The position numbers were made by a program, and so were the translations under genes. A model generated the notes under the pieces. That model searched no databases and was not told the origin of the DNA. It saw only the letters and a program-made list of their open reading frames with translations. 64,000 bases of DNA from Octopus vulgaris (taxonomy: Eukaryota): assembly GCA_951406725.2 (NCBI GenBank), contig OX597823.1:1674001-1738000 (forward strand), given 5' to 3'. Below, piece after piece: positions 14,495 through 28,162 of the stretch (the stretch's first letter is position 1; every line of letters starts with the position of its first letter).

Positions 14495-15151
14495 TTTAAT
14501 TTCATTGAAATTTCATTAATATTTCTATCCCAGCCGAGATAGAAAATTTCTTGTTTGTTGTACTAGAACCCTGTCCTATACTACAGCAACCAGCAAACGT
14601 CATGGTACTAACATCAGCACGTGGTCTGAACGGACTGAGGACAATGAGTCTCACTCGCTATTCAATGAAAATCAGCTTCATCTTGAGACTCCGGCCGAAC
14701 AACCAGAGGAGGATTTCTCGTCTGCGGGACTGCTATTGATACACCTTTCATACGTTCACCATTTCATGCATTTTGTATGCAGGCCGTGAGGTTCGCTCTG
14801 AGCCCTCTAATGTTTTCGCAGTGAGCGTACCGTCCCCTCAGAGACTCAGCGAAAAGCACTTTCGGAAGAATTAACACAAATATTTAAAACCCCATGAAAC
14901 CTGTTGTACACCGAGCTATCAATACATTTATCTTAAGATATATATATTTGTGCGTTTATTCATCTCTGTGAATATATGTGTACTTTTTTATGTGTGTGTG
15001 TGTGTGTGTGCAAAGTTATTGGGTGATACACAAGCATTCAACTATGTTCATTGCATCTTGTAGCAGAAACAGTTGTAAGCTAATGGAGTTCTTGACACAT
15101 TTCTTGTTTCTTTGTCATTTTAATCTCATATACAAAGACACACACATTTAC

Positions 15152-15152
<1 letters not shown>

Positions 15153-15193
<41 letters not shown>

Positions 15194-15223
15194 TATATAC
15201 ACATATATATATATACACTATAT

Positions 15224-15276
<53 letters not shown>

Positions 15277-15421
15277 CATATACATAATATATATATATAT
15301 ACATATATATATATACATATATATATACATATATATATATATATGCATATATACTTACATGTACATATACATGCATGTGTATGTGTATATATACATATAT
15401 GTATATATATATACATATATG

Positions 15422-15480
<59 letters not shown>

Positions 15481-15481
15481 G

Positions 15482-15528
<47 letters not shown>

Positions 15529-15541
15529 GTATATGTATATA

Positions 15542-15595
<54 letters not shown>

Positions 15596-15625
15596 TGTAT
15601 GTGTGTGTGTGTGTGTGTATGTATT
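15153..15625. repeat. Long interrupted (TA)n microsatellite
   Basis: Directly visible. Confidence 0.97.
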
Positions 15626-15663
15626 TATAATTACTCTTATACATACAATTGTACATTGAATGT

Positions 15664-15765
15664 TAGGGTGCTCGTGAAAATGACGAAAAGCCACGAAAAC
15701 CTATTAAAATTGTGAAAACCACGGAAATTATTAAAACAATGAAAATCACGAATATCATGACATTG
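15664..15765 (+). mobile_element. Possible hAT terminus with subterminal repeats
   Basis: Starts TAGGGTG, followed by repeated AAA(G/A)CCACG and AAATCACG motifs; partner end not found. Confidence 0.3.
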
Positions 15766-16375
15766 AAGAACTAAAAACTGCCGGAGTCTCCCTCCACCCC
15801 CACCCCCCACCAACCCCCATCATCCAGTTATGAATTATATCGAAACCTAACATAGAACAGATATTAGAAACCACAAATGTTGGAATCTATATTTTCTGTG
15901 TTTCAAAAGAAAGAACGAAAGAGGACTCATGGAAGTACCTGGTGGTGAGTCTTTGATTTCAACGCAGCCGGTAACTATTGCCTCTGTGTGTCTCTCTCTC
16001 TCCCGCCTTTCTCTATCTCTCTCTCTCTCTCCCTCTCTCTCTCTCTCTGTTACCCGAACGATTAGGAATGTCTTCGTTCCGTGCAACTCAGGGTTATGTG
16101 ATTGTCGGTCAAACTATTCATACATGTCCATACTCGCACAGAAACACACATTTGCATAGTTTTCTTTTTTGAACGGTGAAACTCGAAGCAGGTAAAGCTA
16201 TAAATAAAAGCGAGTAAAATAGAGTTAAAAAAATATTTGGGTTGAAAAGGTCGAAGGCTGCACTCAGACGTTATTGATTATAGCTTGATCTGCTTCGAGT
16301 TTCACTCTTCCAAAAATATATTATTTCATGTTCACTCGATCTTTCTAAATTTTTATAGCGTCAACAATTTATATA

Positions 16376-16424
<49 letters not shown>

Positions 16425-16698
16425 TTGTGTGTGTGTGTGTGTGTGTGTAATTCCGCTGCTTCAAATTCCAGTGGTAAAGACTCAACATTATTTTCCTTTT
16501 TCTCTGGGATTGATAAACGTACCAGCAAAGGCGCTGCTCAAGAGGTGTTTTTGTTGGTCTGAGAGCGAGATGACCAGCAGCAGCATCCGGACCCGCCTTC
16601 TTTAATCCATTCTTTCATTATCAACACTACAATACGGGTCTGTTACGAATGAAAAGTGAAACAACTAATAAATTAAAAGATGGATAAATATATATACA

Positions 16699-16869
16699 AG
16701 CGCAGGAGTGGCTGTGTGGTAAGTAGCTTGCTTACCAACCACATGGTTCCGGGTTCAGTTCCACTGCATGACACCTTGGGCAAGTGTCTTCTACTATAGC
16801 TGTGGGCCGACCAAAGCCTTGTGAGCGGATTTGGTAGACGGAAACTGAAAGAAGCCCGTCGTATATATA

Positions 16870-16902
<33 letters not shown>

Positions 16903-17134
16903 CAGAGAGTATATGTTTGTGTGTGTGTGTGCGTTTGTTCCCCTCCCCAACATCGCTTGACAACCGATGCTGGTGTGTTTACGTCCCCGTAACTTAGCGT
17001 TTCGACGAAGAGGCTGATAGAATAAGTACTAGGCTTACAAAGAATATGTCCTGGGGTCGATTTGCTCGATTAAAGGTGGTGCTCCAGCGTGGCCGCAGTC
17101 AAATAACTGAAACAAATATAAGAATAAAAGAATA
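16699..17134 (+). mobile_element. Full-length tRNA-derived SINE family A with internal microsatellite
   Basis: A-box-like TGGCTGTGTGG, B-box-like GGTTCAGTTCC, internal (TA)/(TATG)/(TG) tract, AAGAATAAAAGAAT tail; several copies in the window. Confidence 0.9.
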
Positions 17135-17164
17135 CACACACACACAGAAAGAGAGGGGAGATGG

Positions 17165-17360
17165 CGCGCAGGCGTAGCTATGTGGTAGGAAGTTTGCTTC
17201 CTTACCATATTGATCCGGGTTCAGTCCCACCGCAAGTGTCTTCTACTATAGCCTCGGTTTAACCAAAGCTTTGTGAATGGCTTTACTAGAAGCCCGTCGT
17301 ATAAGTGTGTGTGTTTTTGTATGTTTATCTGTGTTGATCCCCTACCGCCACTTGACAACC
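17165..17360 (+). mobile_element. SINE family A, diverged tandem copy
   Basis: Head similar to 16699 (TGTGGTAGGAAGTTTGCTT...GGGTTCAGTCCCAC). Confidence 0.8.
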
Positions 17361-17955
17361 TTTGATCAAAAGTGTTTCGACCGCAACCATTTCGCCTTGT
17401 TTTATATCTGACCCTATATTATTCAATATCTCCGTTCTTTGCCTTTTTGAGAGAATTTGGTTGTCATTTCTAGCACAAAGCGTAGAGACCCTCTCGTAGA
17501 CTCACACGCCAAAAGCCATTTATAAATGTCATTTCCCGATTAAAACACCGACTTACTACTTCTAACCTTGATATCCCTTTCAAACTCGAGCGGAAAACTT
17601 CAAGTATTCGCCGGAGAATTCAGTGGAATTACTGCGGTTTCGATCCTAATTGGTTCTGAATGCATCGTGATAATCATTGCTCCCGATGCACACTTTAGTT
17701 ATAGAGTCCGGTTAAATGGAGAAGGAATTTGGAATGGACAGAGGTGGGGAGAGGGCAGTGTGGAGGGATGTGTGTGTGTGTCTGTGTGTCTGTGTGAATT
17801 TGTGTGTTTGAGTAGGTGTGCGTTTGTGTACACGTGGTTGTATACGTGGCGGGGGGGAGGCTAAGTTTTGCTTTCTCTTTTCAGCTCCTTATCCTACCTC
17901 CTCCACAACCACTCCTTCCGTCTGTTCATAATAATAATCATCATCATCATCATCA

Positions 17956-17995
<40 letters not shown>

Positions 17996-18669
17996 CATTA
18001 TTATTATTATTATTATTATTATCATTGTTATTATTATTATTATCTTTATTTTAGTTATTATTATTATTGTTATTCCTCTCCTCCCATTTCTTCATCTTCT
18101 TTTCTCCTCCTCCTCCTCCTCCTCCTCCTCCTCCCCATCTACTTTATAATAGTAATTATGATTATACATCATCATCACAGAGTCGTTGCTGTTGTTGCTG
18201 TTGTTGTTGCTTGTCCATCGTCTTCATCATTATATTTTTCGCTTAAAATTTCCTACGTCTTTCTTTCCTTCCTCCTTCCCCGCCCCCACTTCTTCCCTAT
18301 TCTACCTTACATACTACATCCCACAGCTACACACTCACACACACACACACACACACACACATTCTACGTTCACTCTCACCACCACCACCACCACCACCCC
18401 GTTCTCTCGGTTCTCAAGAGACGCATATAGAAATATATGCAATTACCAAGGAAATAAACGGAGGCACCATCCACAACAACAACCACATCACCAATAACCA
18501 GCATTGGCTGCCAAAGATTATGTTCTAAGCTATCAGCTTTATTCCACAGAGAATATCGCAACTTTTTATTACATTTCACTCCATTTCAGGCCACCACCTC
18601 GAATTTTTGGAACCCTGTCACTCTAATATCACCTCACCAACTAGCCTTCTGGCAAGAACATCATCATCA

Positions 18670-18725
<56 letters not shown>

Positions 18726-18945
18726 GCCTTTGCACAGCTTCTAACGCTGGAGATGTACTACAGTGTCAGCTGTTAACTACCTGTGAACTAAAGAAACACC
18801 TCTTATTTTTCGAGCACCTTCCGCTGTATTTGAGCGGTTCCAAGCAGTGCTGTTTTCTGCAAGTGTTCCACCCTTATTGCAGTCCCTATTTGTTCCACGT
18901 ACTTCTCGAGATTTTTGCTCACTGTTCCCAGGGCTCCGACAATTA
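18726..18945 (-). mobile_element. R4/Dong-type REL LINE family A, 3' end
   Basis: Encodes IVGALGTVSKNLEKY...LQKTALLGTA; near-identical to 54092-54270 and 62140-62345; embedded in (TAA)n. Confidence 0.85.
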
Positions 18946-18976
18946 TTATTATCATTTTTTTTATCATTATTATTAC

Positions 18977-19039
<63 letters not shown>

Positions 19040-21990
19040 GTTTTTTCCTTCTTTCTTTGGCAGGCTTATGTTCCCACCAGGTCTTCTCGTATGGAAGTTC
19101 AGACTTACGGTAAATGCTCTGGTGCAAATACTAGCCAAGTTTATCATGGCGATTAATATATTTATTTGAGGCTAACACGGAGCAACAAGGCATGTTTCCT
19201 TGGCTGCAGATAGGGTCTTCCCCATTTTTAAGAATGCTTGCTTGGTAGACATTGATTCTGTGCTGCTGTAATGAAAGCCCCTGTTTCTGATTTAGGTGTA
19301 GATGCAGCCAATCCTTGATGAGTCATCTTTGTATCAATATCAGGAACGCTAGCCTTCGTTGGATATTTACCACGCAATGCCTTACTTTTCTATATATTCC
19401 ACAGCACTAAATTGCAGCATTTGGATTGGTTTGTGGTTTTGATGTTTCGCTATGAAAACGAGTTCATCTGTTGCACCTCAGTCGCATTGACCTTTAATTC
19501 CTATACATAATTCTGTGCTTCTTCGGTTATTGAGTACACATTTTTGGAACTTCCATATAAGCAGACAAGTTTAAGCATCCAGACATTGGTGTTTTTTAGA
19601 TAGGCATCTATCCCAATGGTTACTGTCTTTAAAGACAGTTGTGGCTGCCTCAGTCCGTGTCCTCCATCCTTTCGTGGGACATACAGTCTTATCTACATCT
19701 GCATTTGAGTAATGTAAGCAGTGCATTGTGAGAAGTTTGCATATTTTTGTATCGATTTTACAGATCTCACTGATGGACCATTTTACGATGTTAAAGTTGT
19801 GGGCCACATCATCATCATCATCATTGTTCGACCGTGGTCGAGACAATGGAATTTACCATGTTGCGCCAGACTTCACGGTCCATCATAGCATTACGGAGGT
19901 CCTGTTGCTGGATGCATGTATCCCTGGAGATTACATCAGGGTAGGAGAGTGTGCGCCCTCTGGTGTTGCGAGTAGATGGCTTCCAGAGGAGAAGAGTAGA
20001 AATTACTTCTTTTTCAGCTCTACAACAATGTCCAGCAAACTGGACTCTCCTACCCTTCACAAGAGATGACACAGGTGGTAATTTCCCATATATTTGCATT
20101 TTAGTTGGATGGCGCCTCCACGAGAGATTTTGAGCTCTCATAAGGAGGCGAGTGTAGGTCCATCCAACCGCCTCTCAAGCTTCTTTGATAACGTCCAGGT
20201 TTCTGAGCCATATAGTAGGATTGGTTCGACTGTGGCTTTGAATATTTCAAGTTTGAAGTCTCTACTTAGATTTGATGACCAGATCTTATGCATGTCATTA
20301 CAGGCTGACCAGGCCATACCCTTTCTAGTTAGAAAGTCTTTTCCAGATGATGATATGTATGACCCAAGATATTTATAATCAGAAACCATATTTAAAGGTG
20401 CACTGTTGAGAGTGTGGATGATGCAATCACTGTTGGACAGGCACTTGTTTATGTATTCAGTTTTGGTCTCATTAAGGTAAAGACCTACACAATTTGAGGC
20501 TTGTTCAAGAGATTGTAAAAGAGACTGGGCATTGGAGAGAGAATCACTGATAAGAGCGATGTCGTCAGCAAAGTCAGTGTCTGTCAAGTACTCAGCTGGG
20601 TGTCTGGAACTTCTTCTTGGTTTTATTTCAAAGCCCTTGCCAGAGATGGTATCAACTGACATACGTAGCACATAATCAACAACAATGATGAAAAGAAATG
20701 GGGCGAGTGTGTCTCCCTGCAGTATTCCGGCCTCGATCGAGAAAGATGATGTTTCTCCATCAGGGGCTAAGATGGTTGAAGACGTATCTGTGTAGAGGAC
20801 CTTGATGGCAGAAATAATTTTGTCTGGTATCCCATAGAGCTTAAGGATTTCAAACATCTTGCACCTATCCACAGAATCGAACGCTTTAGAAAAGTCTACA
20901 AATACCATTGCAAGATCGCGATTAAATGCTTTTGATTCTTCAATAAGTCTGCGCCGGCATGGTATCTGGCTCAGCGTTGAGCGCCCATGTCTGAATCCAT
21001 TTTGGTTCTTTCGGAGCAAAGGCTCAACAAAAAGGACAAGACGATTTAGGATCAGTTTGTTGTACAGTTTTGCAGCAATTGACATTAGAGATATGCCCCT
21101 GTAGTTGGTGACGAGGGACAAATCGCCTTTTTGGGTATTGGAATGATTTGAGACTGGTGCCAAATCTTTGGAGCGACAAAGGTGGAAAGTGTGTGGTTGC
21201 AGAGGTTAAGCAAAAGTGTGTGAAATCTATCATCCTTCCAAATCACAGCCGGAATGTTGTCGGGACCAAATGCTTTCGAGGCTTTTAGTTGCTTGGTGGC
21301 TGCTGTTAGTTCAAATATGGTAAAAGGGGAGGTGTTGATGTCCAGCGTGTCTGATATAGGCACACTTGGGAGTGGGGTTATCAGGGATTTTGGCATTCTT
21401 CCCAAGGAGGTTTTTAAAATGGGTTGACCAATTTTCTAAACGCTTCTTAGCTGATCCCCCTTTAATTCTAATTGATGACCCAGAATTTTTGCCTGATAGG
21501 TCTTTGATGGATTTCCAGGCGAGATGGTGTTTTTTACTAATGTGCTCTTTCGATAGTTTACTAATTTTGCCATTGATAAATTCGACCTCGGCGTTCAAGT
21601 AAGCCTCATCAAGATTCTTCCTGGCAGTGGGTATAGCTAAAGTGTTGATTGTATCAATCCTGTTTCTCGCATGAAGTTCGCTCTTTAGAATATCTCTAAA
21701 TCTACGATAACATTGCTTCCGTATATTTTCATGCATTTAAGTGTGTTGGATGCCACCCACTTCATATACACCAAAATATTTGTAATTCGGGGTAAGAGGG
21801 GGAATCTAATTCTTTGATTTTGGTAGACTTGTCTCTCAGTATACTGTTCGTTTTCAGGAGTTTTCTTTTGAAGAATGTGGTTTAAACACATTTATCAAAG
21901 CCAAACACCATTCCAATCTCGTCACTGAAGCGTTTTACTACAGTTAAAAATAGTTCCAGTTGTTGATCATCTTTCGTGAATAACTTCAAA
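19040..21990 (-). mobile_element. Old R4/Dong-type LINE family D, split by an RTE insertion (pieces 19040-19807 and 21624-21990)
   Basis: KDDQQLE...FSDEIGMVFGFDKC and NRIDTINTLAIP on one side continue as VAHNFNIVKWSISEICKIDTKICKLLTMH on the other. Confidence 0.8.
19808..21623 (-). mobile_element. 5'-truncated RTE-type LINE with reverse transcriptase and (GAT)n tail
   Basis: ORF 20138-21163 has NYRGISL, QNGFR, FVDFSKAFDS, GILQGDTLAPFLF, FADDIAL and YKYLGS; a few frameshifts; stop followed directly by (TGA)n. Confidence 0.92.
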
Positions 21991-22261
21991 CCGACAGTGG
22001 TCTCTTTTGCCGAACTGCTAGTACGGGGGCGTAAACAAAGCAACACCAGTTGTAAAGCAGTGGGAGGGAACAAACACAAACACATGCACATTCATACATA
22101 CACGAGGGCTTCCACACAGTTTTCGCCTACCAAATTCATTTACAAAGCATAGGTTGGCTCGAGGCTATAGTTAAAAACCTTTGACTGAGGTGCTGCGGAA
22201 TTTGAACCTGAAACCACTTGGTCACAAAACGAGCTTCTTAACCACACAACCAAGCGCCGGC
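21990..22261 (-). mobile_element. SINE family A
   Basis: Reverse-complement similarity to 16699-17134. Confidence 0.8.
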
Positions 22262-22283
22262 CAATAAAAATTGTTTATCTTTT

Positions 22284-22666
22284 CCTTGTTTCAGCCATTA
22301 GACTGCTGCCATGCTGGGGGCACCTCCTTCGAGAATTTTAGTCAAACAAATCGACTCGAGTACTTTTCTTTTAAGCCTGGTACTTATTCTGTCGGTCTCT
22401 TTCGCCGAGCAGTTAAGTTACGGGGATGTAAACACACCAACACCGGTAGTCAAGCAGTGGTGGAGCACAAACACAGACACAAAGACACACACACTTGTGT
22501 GTGTAAAGAACAGGCATCCTTTCAGTTTCCGTCTACCAAATTCACAAACAAAACTTTGGTTGGCCCGAGGCTATAGTGGCAGACATTTGCCCAAGGTGCC
22601 ACGCAATGGGGCTGAACTCGCTAACATGTGTTTGGGAAGCAAACATCTTTCCACATAGCCATGCCA
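22284..22666 (-). mobile_element. SINE family A, near full length
   Basis: Reverse-complement similarity to 16699-17134. Confidence 0.85.
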
Positions 22667-23770
22667 ATAATTTTTTCAAAGATTTTTATCGGAATATTTG
22701 TCCATTCCCTTGTGGTCAACGATTGAAGACTGAAAAGAAAGACTCTGATGTAGTCGATAAAGAAGTGAATTGAGTAGAGGACTTGTACGATGTGTCGATT
22801 ATCGAGTTGTGGTATTTATGTTCAAAATTGTGTTGATACATGTTACAAAAGAAAATAGAAATGAGATTGTAAAGACTTTAAAGAACTGTTGACGTTATTT
22901 TGATGTGTTAATTTCTGGTTAAATAGAACTGTGTTTTCGGACGTGTACCTTTGGAGAATGACCGATGTATTGACCTTGTTGTGTCGTTACCGGACGGTTA
23001 TATTGTTACAGTTGCATGTTTAAATGCTTTGATCTGTTGTATACCTGTATTGATTTGTTGTTTCCTGTTAAATGCTTTGAGAAATTTGAGCTCAAAGTAA
23101 TTACTAGTGTTAATGATGTAAGCCAGTTGATTGCCTTGCCGTTGTTTTGATGATGACTCTCTCGACAGCTACGACGATGATGATGATGATAGCAGTGGTG
23201 ATGGTGTGGTGGTGCTGCTGGTGGTGATTATGATGGTGGTAGTGGGGGTGGTGATGACGTCGACGTCAAGGACGAAAATGATGAGGATGACGACGACGAC
23301 GACGATGTTGATGATGATGATGATGATGACGACGACGATGATGATGACGACGACGATGATGATGATGATGACGATGATGATGTTAGCAAAAATATTTTAT
23401 TTATTAATCACAAAAGATGAAACAAAACTAAATCTTTGCTAATTTACAGACAAACGCCAAAATATATGATTACATCAACAAATAAATGATTGATTACATT
23501 AACCAAATATCAATAAAAAATATTGATCTTCACTATTGGCATACAACAATATAAAGTTTAAGATCATGTTTATTCCATTGAACCGAACCTAATATGTGAT
23601 TGGTTGTTATGTTTCTCGAGCCCAAACCGCTTAGATTCCAAGTCAAACACAGCACCATAAGAACCCAGATTCTTGGACAGTGGAATTAAACGTAGCCTCG
23701 TGTTTTGAGAGAATCTCCTCTGTTCAGCCATTTCAGTAAAATATCTCTGGAAGACATTCAATTACATCGG

Positions 23771-24455
23771 TGCTGGTGTGGCTGTGTGGTAAGAAGCTGG
23801 CTTCCCAGCCACATGGTTCCAAGTTCAGTCTCACCTTGGGCAAGCATCTTCTGCTATAGCCTTTGGCCGACCAAAACCTCGTGAACGTATTTCACTTGAA
23901 GTATATATATGTTTTCAAAGGCAGATAGGCATCGACACCTAACAAGCCATGCTGCTCCAGACTGATGAGGAGCAATAACTCTGAAACTAGTCTCTGGTAG
24001 CTGTTTTTTTGCTGGCTGGAGGTGCTTATCTCCCCTTTGAAAACATAAGGACACAGGAAATGTGTCAAGTCCAACAGGAAATGGTGATTCCTAGGGCTAA
24101 ATAACAGTAGCATTCTTCCCTTTCATGGGACTGTCACATTAAGTTGACAACATGCTATCACGTTATCGTGATGATACTGCATAAATCTTTCTGAGAGATT
24201 TAGAAATATATTATTTCTGCATGTATGTATATTTGTTTGTTTCTATGCATGTGCGTGTGTATGTAAGTATGTATGTATGTATGTATGTGCGGGTTTTTGC
24301 GTCTGTTTTTGGCCTCACCACGTCCTCCTAATCCAGAAGGTCGGCAGAGAAACCGATAGAATCAGGCTGGAAAAAACGTATTGGGGTCGATTAATTTAAC
24401 TAAAAATTTACCAAAGCAGTGCCCCTGCATGGCCGCAGCATAATGGCTGAAACAT
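23771..24455 (+). mobile_element. SINE family A interrupted by a hammerhead-bearing insert
   Basis: Head at 23771-23885 and tail at about 24240-24455; the middle is unrelated sequence. Confidence 0.65.
23957..23997 (+). ncRNA. Minimal type-I hammerhead ribozyme, canonical core
   Basis: CCAGA-CTGATGA-GGAG(CAATAA)CTCT-GAAAC-TA-GTC^TCTGG; helix I CCAGA/TCTGG, palindromic helix III ACTAGT, GUC site with cleavage predicted after 23992. Confidence 0.85.
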
Positions 24456-24772
24456 AAATGATATAAAGTGGGTTATAAGTGGGTTTCCCCCAAAGCATTT
24501 GGAGCAAGGGATCAGGACATTCGAGAAGTCTACCCGGAATTTCCCCAGAAAGGCTCCGTAAAATATTTGGATGATTTCCGCTTTTAAATTCCTTAAAAGA
24601 ATGTTTCAAGTGGGGAGGAGGGAAAAGCTAAAAGCAATCGGCATCAAGCATCGATTACTCACTATAACTAACACCTAATTATCCATCTCTCTCATTATAT
24701 ATGTGTGTGCGTGTGTGCGTGTATGTGTGTATGTTTGTGTATGTGTATGCGTGCGTGTGTGTGCGTGCGTGC

Positions 24773-24811
<39 letters not shown>

Positions 24812-25589
24812 GTGGGGGGGTAGCATGAGCCGTCAGAAGTTCCGGCTTGGTGCCTAGCGTCAGCCCTTGGCCCTTGTTAAAGCGTCTCTAGAAGGTCACC
24901 CTGATATAAAGCCAGATATACAGGGAATGGCATAAAACATTTCGGAGATCTTTTGTTTACGCTTGAGATCATGGTGCTGCCATATTCCTGACCATGCGAC
25001 CCGTATTGGCAAGGGATATCTTGTTCCGCTTGTCTCTGGATTAAATCGGTAGGGTGGAGAGGGTCTGTGAAGTATTGTGCGATCCTTTCAGGACCTAAAA
25101 TTTTACTTTGTCCATTCGGTGGTGAGGCGACTTTCCGATACCCGATCAAGTAGGAATGCGCTGCAGAGAACATAGAAGCCACGGTTGCGGAACCGGGTGT
25201 AGCTTACTGGTGGTGCAATAACCTCATGTACGGCCATTGCTGGCATTTTGCATGGCCAATGGTCAATGATGGCCATCGACGGTCACGAGTAGACTGCTAT
25301 TATCATATATACTTATACATATATACATACATATGTGTGTGTGCGCGCGTCGTGTGTGTGTGTGTGTGTATGCTTCACTAATGTAAGGTTTTGGGACATC
25401 AGTAATAAGCACAAAGCATTCTTTATTTTAATTTGGACAGATTTCTTTCGGTCTTTATCATTTCTGCTAAAGGCACCGAACGGGTCGAATCCTTATCCAG
25501 TCGACCCTAATGTTTTGCGGCATTTCATCCATCTTTACATTCTGAGTTAAAATTCCATCGGGATCAACTTTGTCTTTCATACTATATGT

Positions 25590-26009
25590 CGATATAGATA
25601 TGTATATGGATATGGTATATATATATATGTATATATATATGTATATATATATATGTATATATACTTTGGAACATATATATTCTCCATATATATTCTCCGT
25701 GTTTTGTATATATCTTTTTGTATATATATATATGTATATATATATGTACTATATATATATGTATATATATGTATATATATATATCTATCATATATATGTG
25801 TATATATCATGTGTATATATATATATATGTATGTCATATATGTACATATCAAGACTACCTGTATATATGTACGATCGTATATGTGATATGCATCACCCAT
25901 CCCATATGCCGATATATATATATATACATATATACATAATATATCTACCAGTGATATATACACCACTGCAATATATATTTCTTTATATATATACTATACG
26001 CAGATAAGA

Positions 26010-26051
<42 letters not shown>

Positions 26052-26075
26052 GTGTATGTATGTATATGATGGAAT
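25590..26075. repeat. Degenerate (TA)n/(TG)n field
   Basis: Directly visible. Confidence 0.9.
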
Positions 26076-26188
26076 TACTGGAAATTGTTGCTTAAGGGGA
26101 GAACGTACTACTTCAGGGGAAACAATCGGTTTCAAATTTATTTTTCTTATCAAAAAAGAACATATATATACATCAAATTAATTCTTTC

Positions 26189-26226
<38 letters not shown>

Positions 26227-26254
26227 ATTTAAATATATATATACATATATATAT

Positions 26255-26479
26255 ATCTATACAATATGTTACATTACTCGGTAGTCAAGATAAAACTCTG
26301 AGTTTCAGATGCCGAAGTGAAATCCACAACACCATCTCTTCGGTTATCTGTCTATTTGAAAACGTTATGAAAAAATAGGTATTTTTTCATAACGTTTTCA
26401 AATAAGATAACGATATATATATTTATGCAGATAACCGATATATATCTTGACTACCAGTAATGTAACATATTGTATAGAT
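26255..26479. mobile_element. Nested inverted-repeat element with hammerhead-like motif (Penelope pLTR-like)
   Basis: Outer arms 26255-26292 and 26443-26479; inner perfect 25-bp arms 26353-26377 and 26380-26404. Confidence 0.6.
26288..26349 (-). ncRNA. Type-I hammerhead-like motif, variant core CCGAAGA
   Basis: Minus strand AGATAA-CCGAAGA-GATG...CATC-T-GAAACTC-A-GAGTT^TTATCT; 6-bp helix I. Confidence 0.6.
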
Positions 26480-26573
26480 AAATTTCCTCTATTTACATAA
26501 TATTGAGGTCTCTTTCTTTCTTTTGTTATCTTACCGTTTTATCAATACATATATATATAGATATATATATATA

Positions 26574-27490
<917 letters not shown>

Positions 27491-27856
27491 TTGTATTATA
27501 TTATACATATTTATACAACTGTGCCTTACAGTAAAGAATACAAATCACATCTTCAGGCTGAATATTTTTCTAGAGATATCACCACCAAGAAATCTTTCTT
27601 ACTGCACAATGTTCGCGTTACAAAACTTTCTTTTCTAAAATTCAACCTAACCTACGTATAGCAGGATACTGTGTGTTTATCTATGGTTGCCAAAAATTTT
27701 AAAAGTCAAATTATAAAGTGAGACCATTAAAAAATTTTGACCAAAGGTCATACACACACCTAATCCGGGGACCTAAAACTACGACCCATTGTAGCTGGCC
27801 CAACCTGTGAAAGCACACAGACTAAGTTTTGTTCGACATCCTTTAAATACATATGC

Positions 27857-27924
<68 letters not shown>

Positions 27925-27986
27925 GTGTATGCATGTGTGTATATATATGTATGCATTTATGAAAATATATGTACATTTATATATAT

Positions 27987-28043
<57 letters not shown>

Positions 28044-28124
28044 TTAAAATTACTAAGACTGCCATATAAGTATGGCGATAACTATATATATATATATATA
28101 CGTATGTATATGTGTGTGTGCTTG

Positions 28125-28162
<38 letters not shown>

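Noticed and set aside
14790-14860. Minus-strand CTGAGGG...GAAA hammerhead-like string
   Set aside because: Core is mismatched and helices II and III are unconvincing.
17550-17720. Possible minus-strand coding exon next to a GTAAGT donor
   Set aside because: All three minus frames contain stops across the segment.
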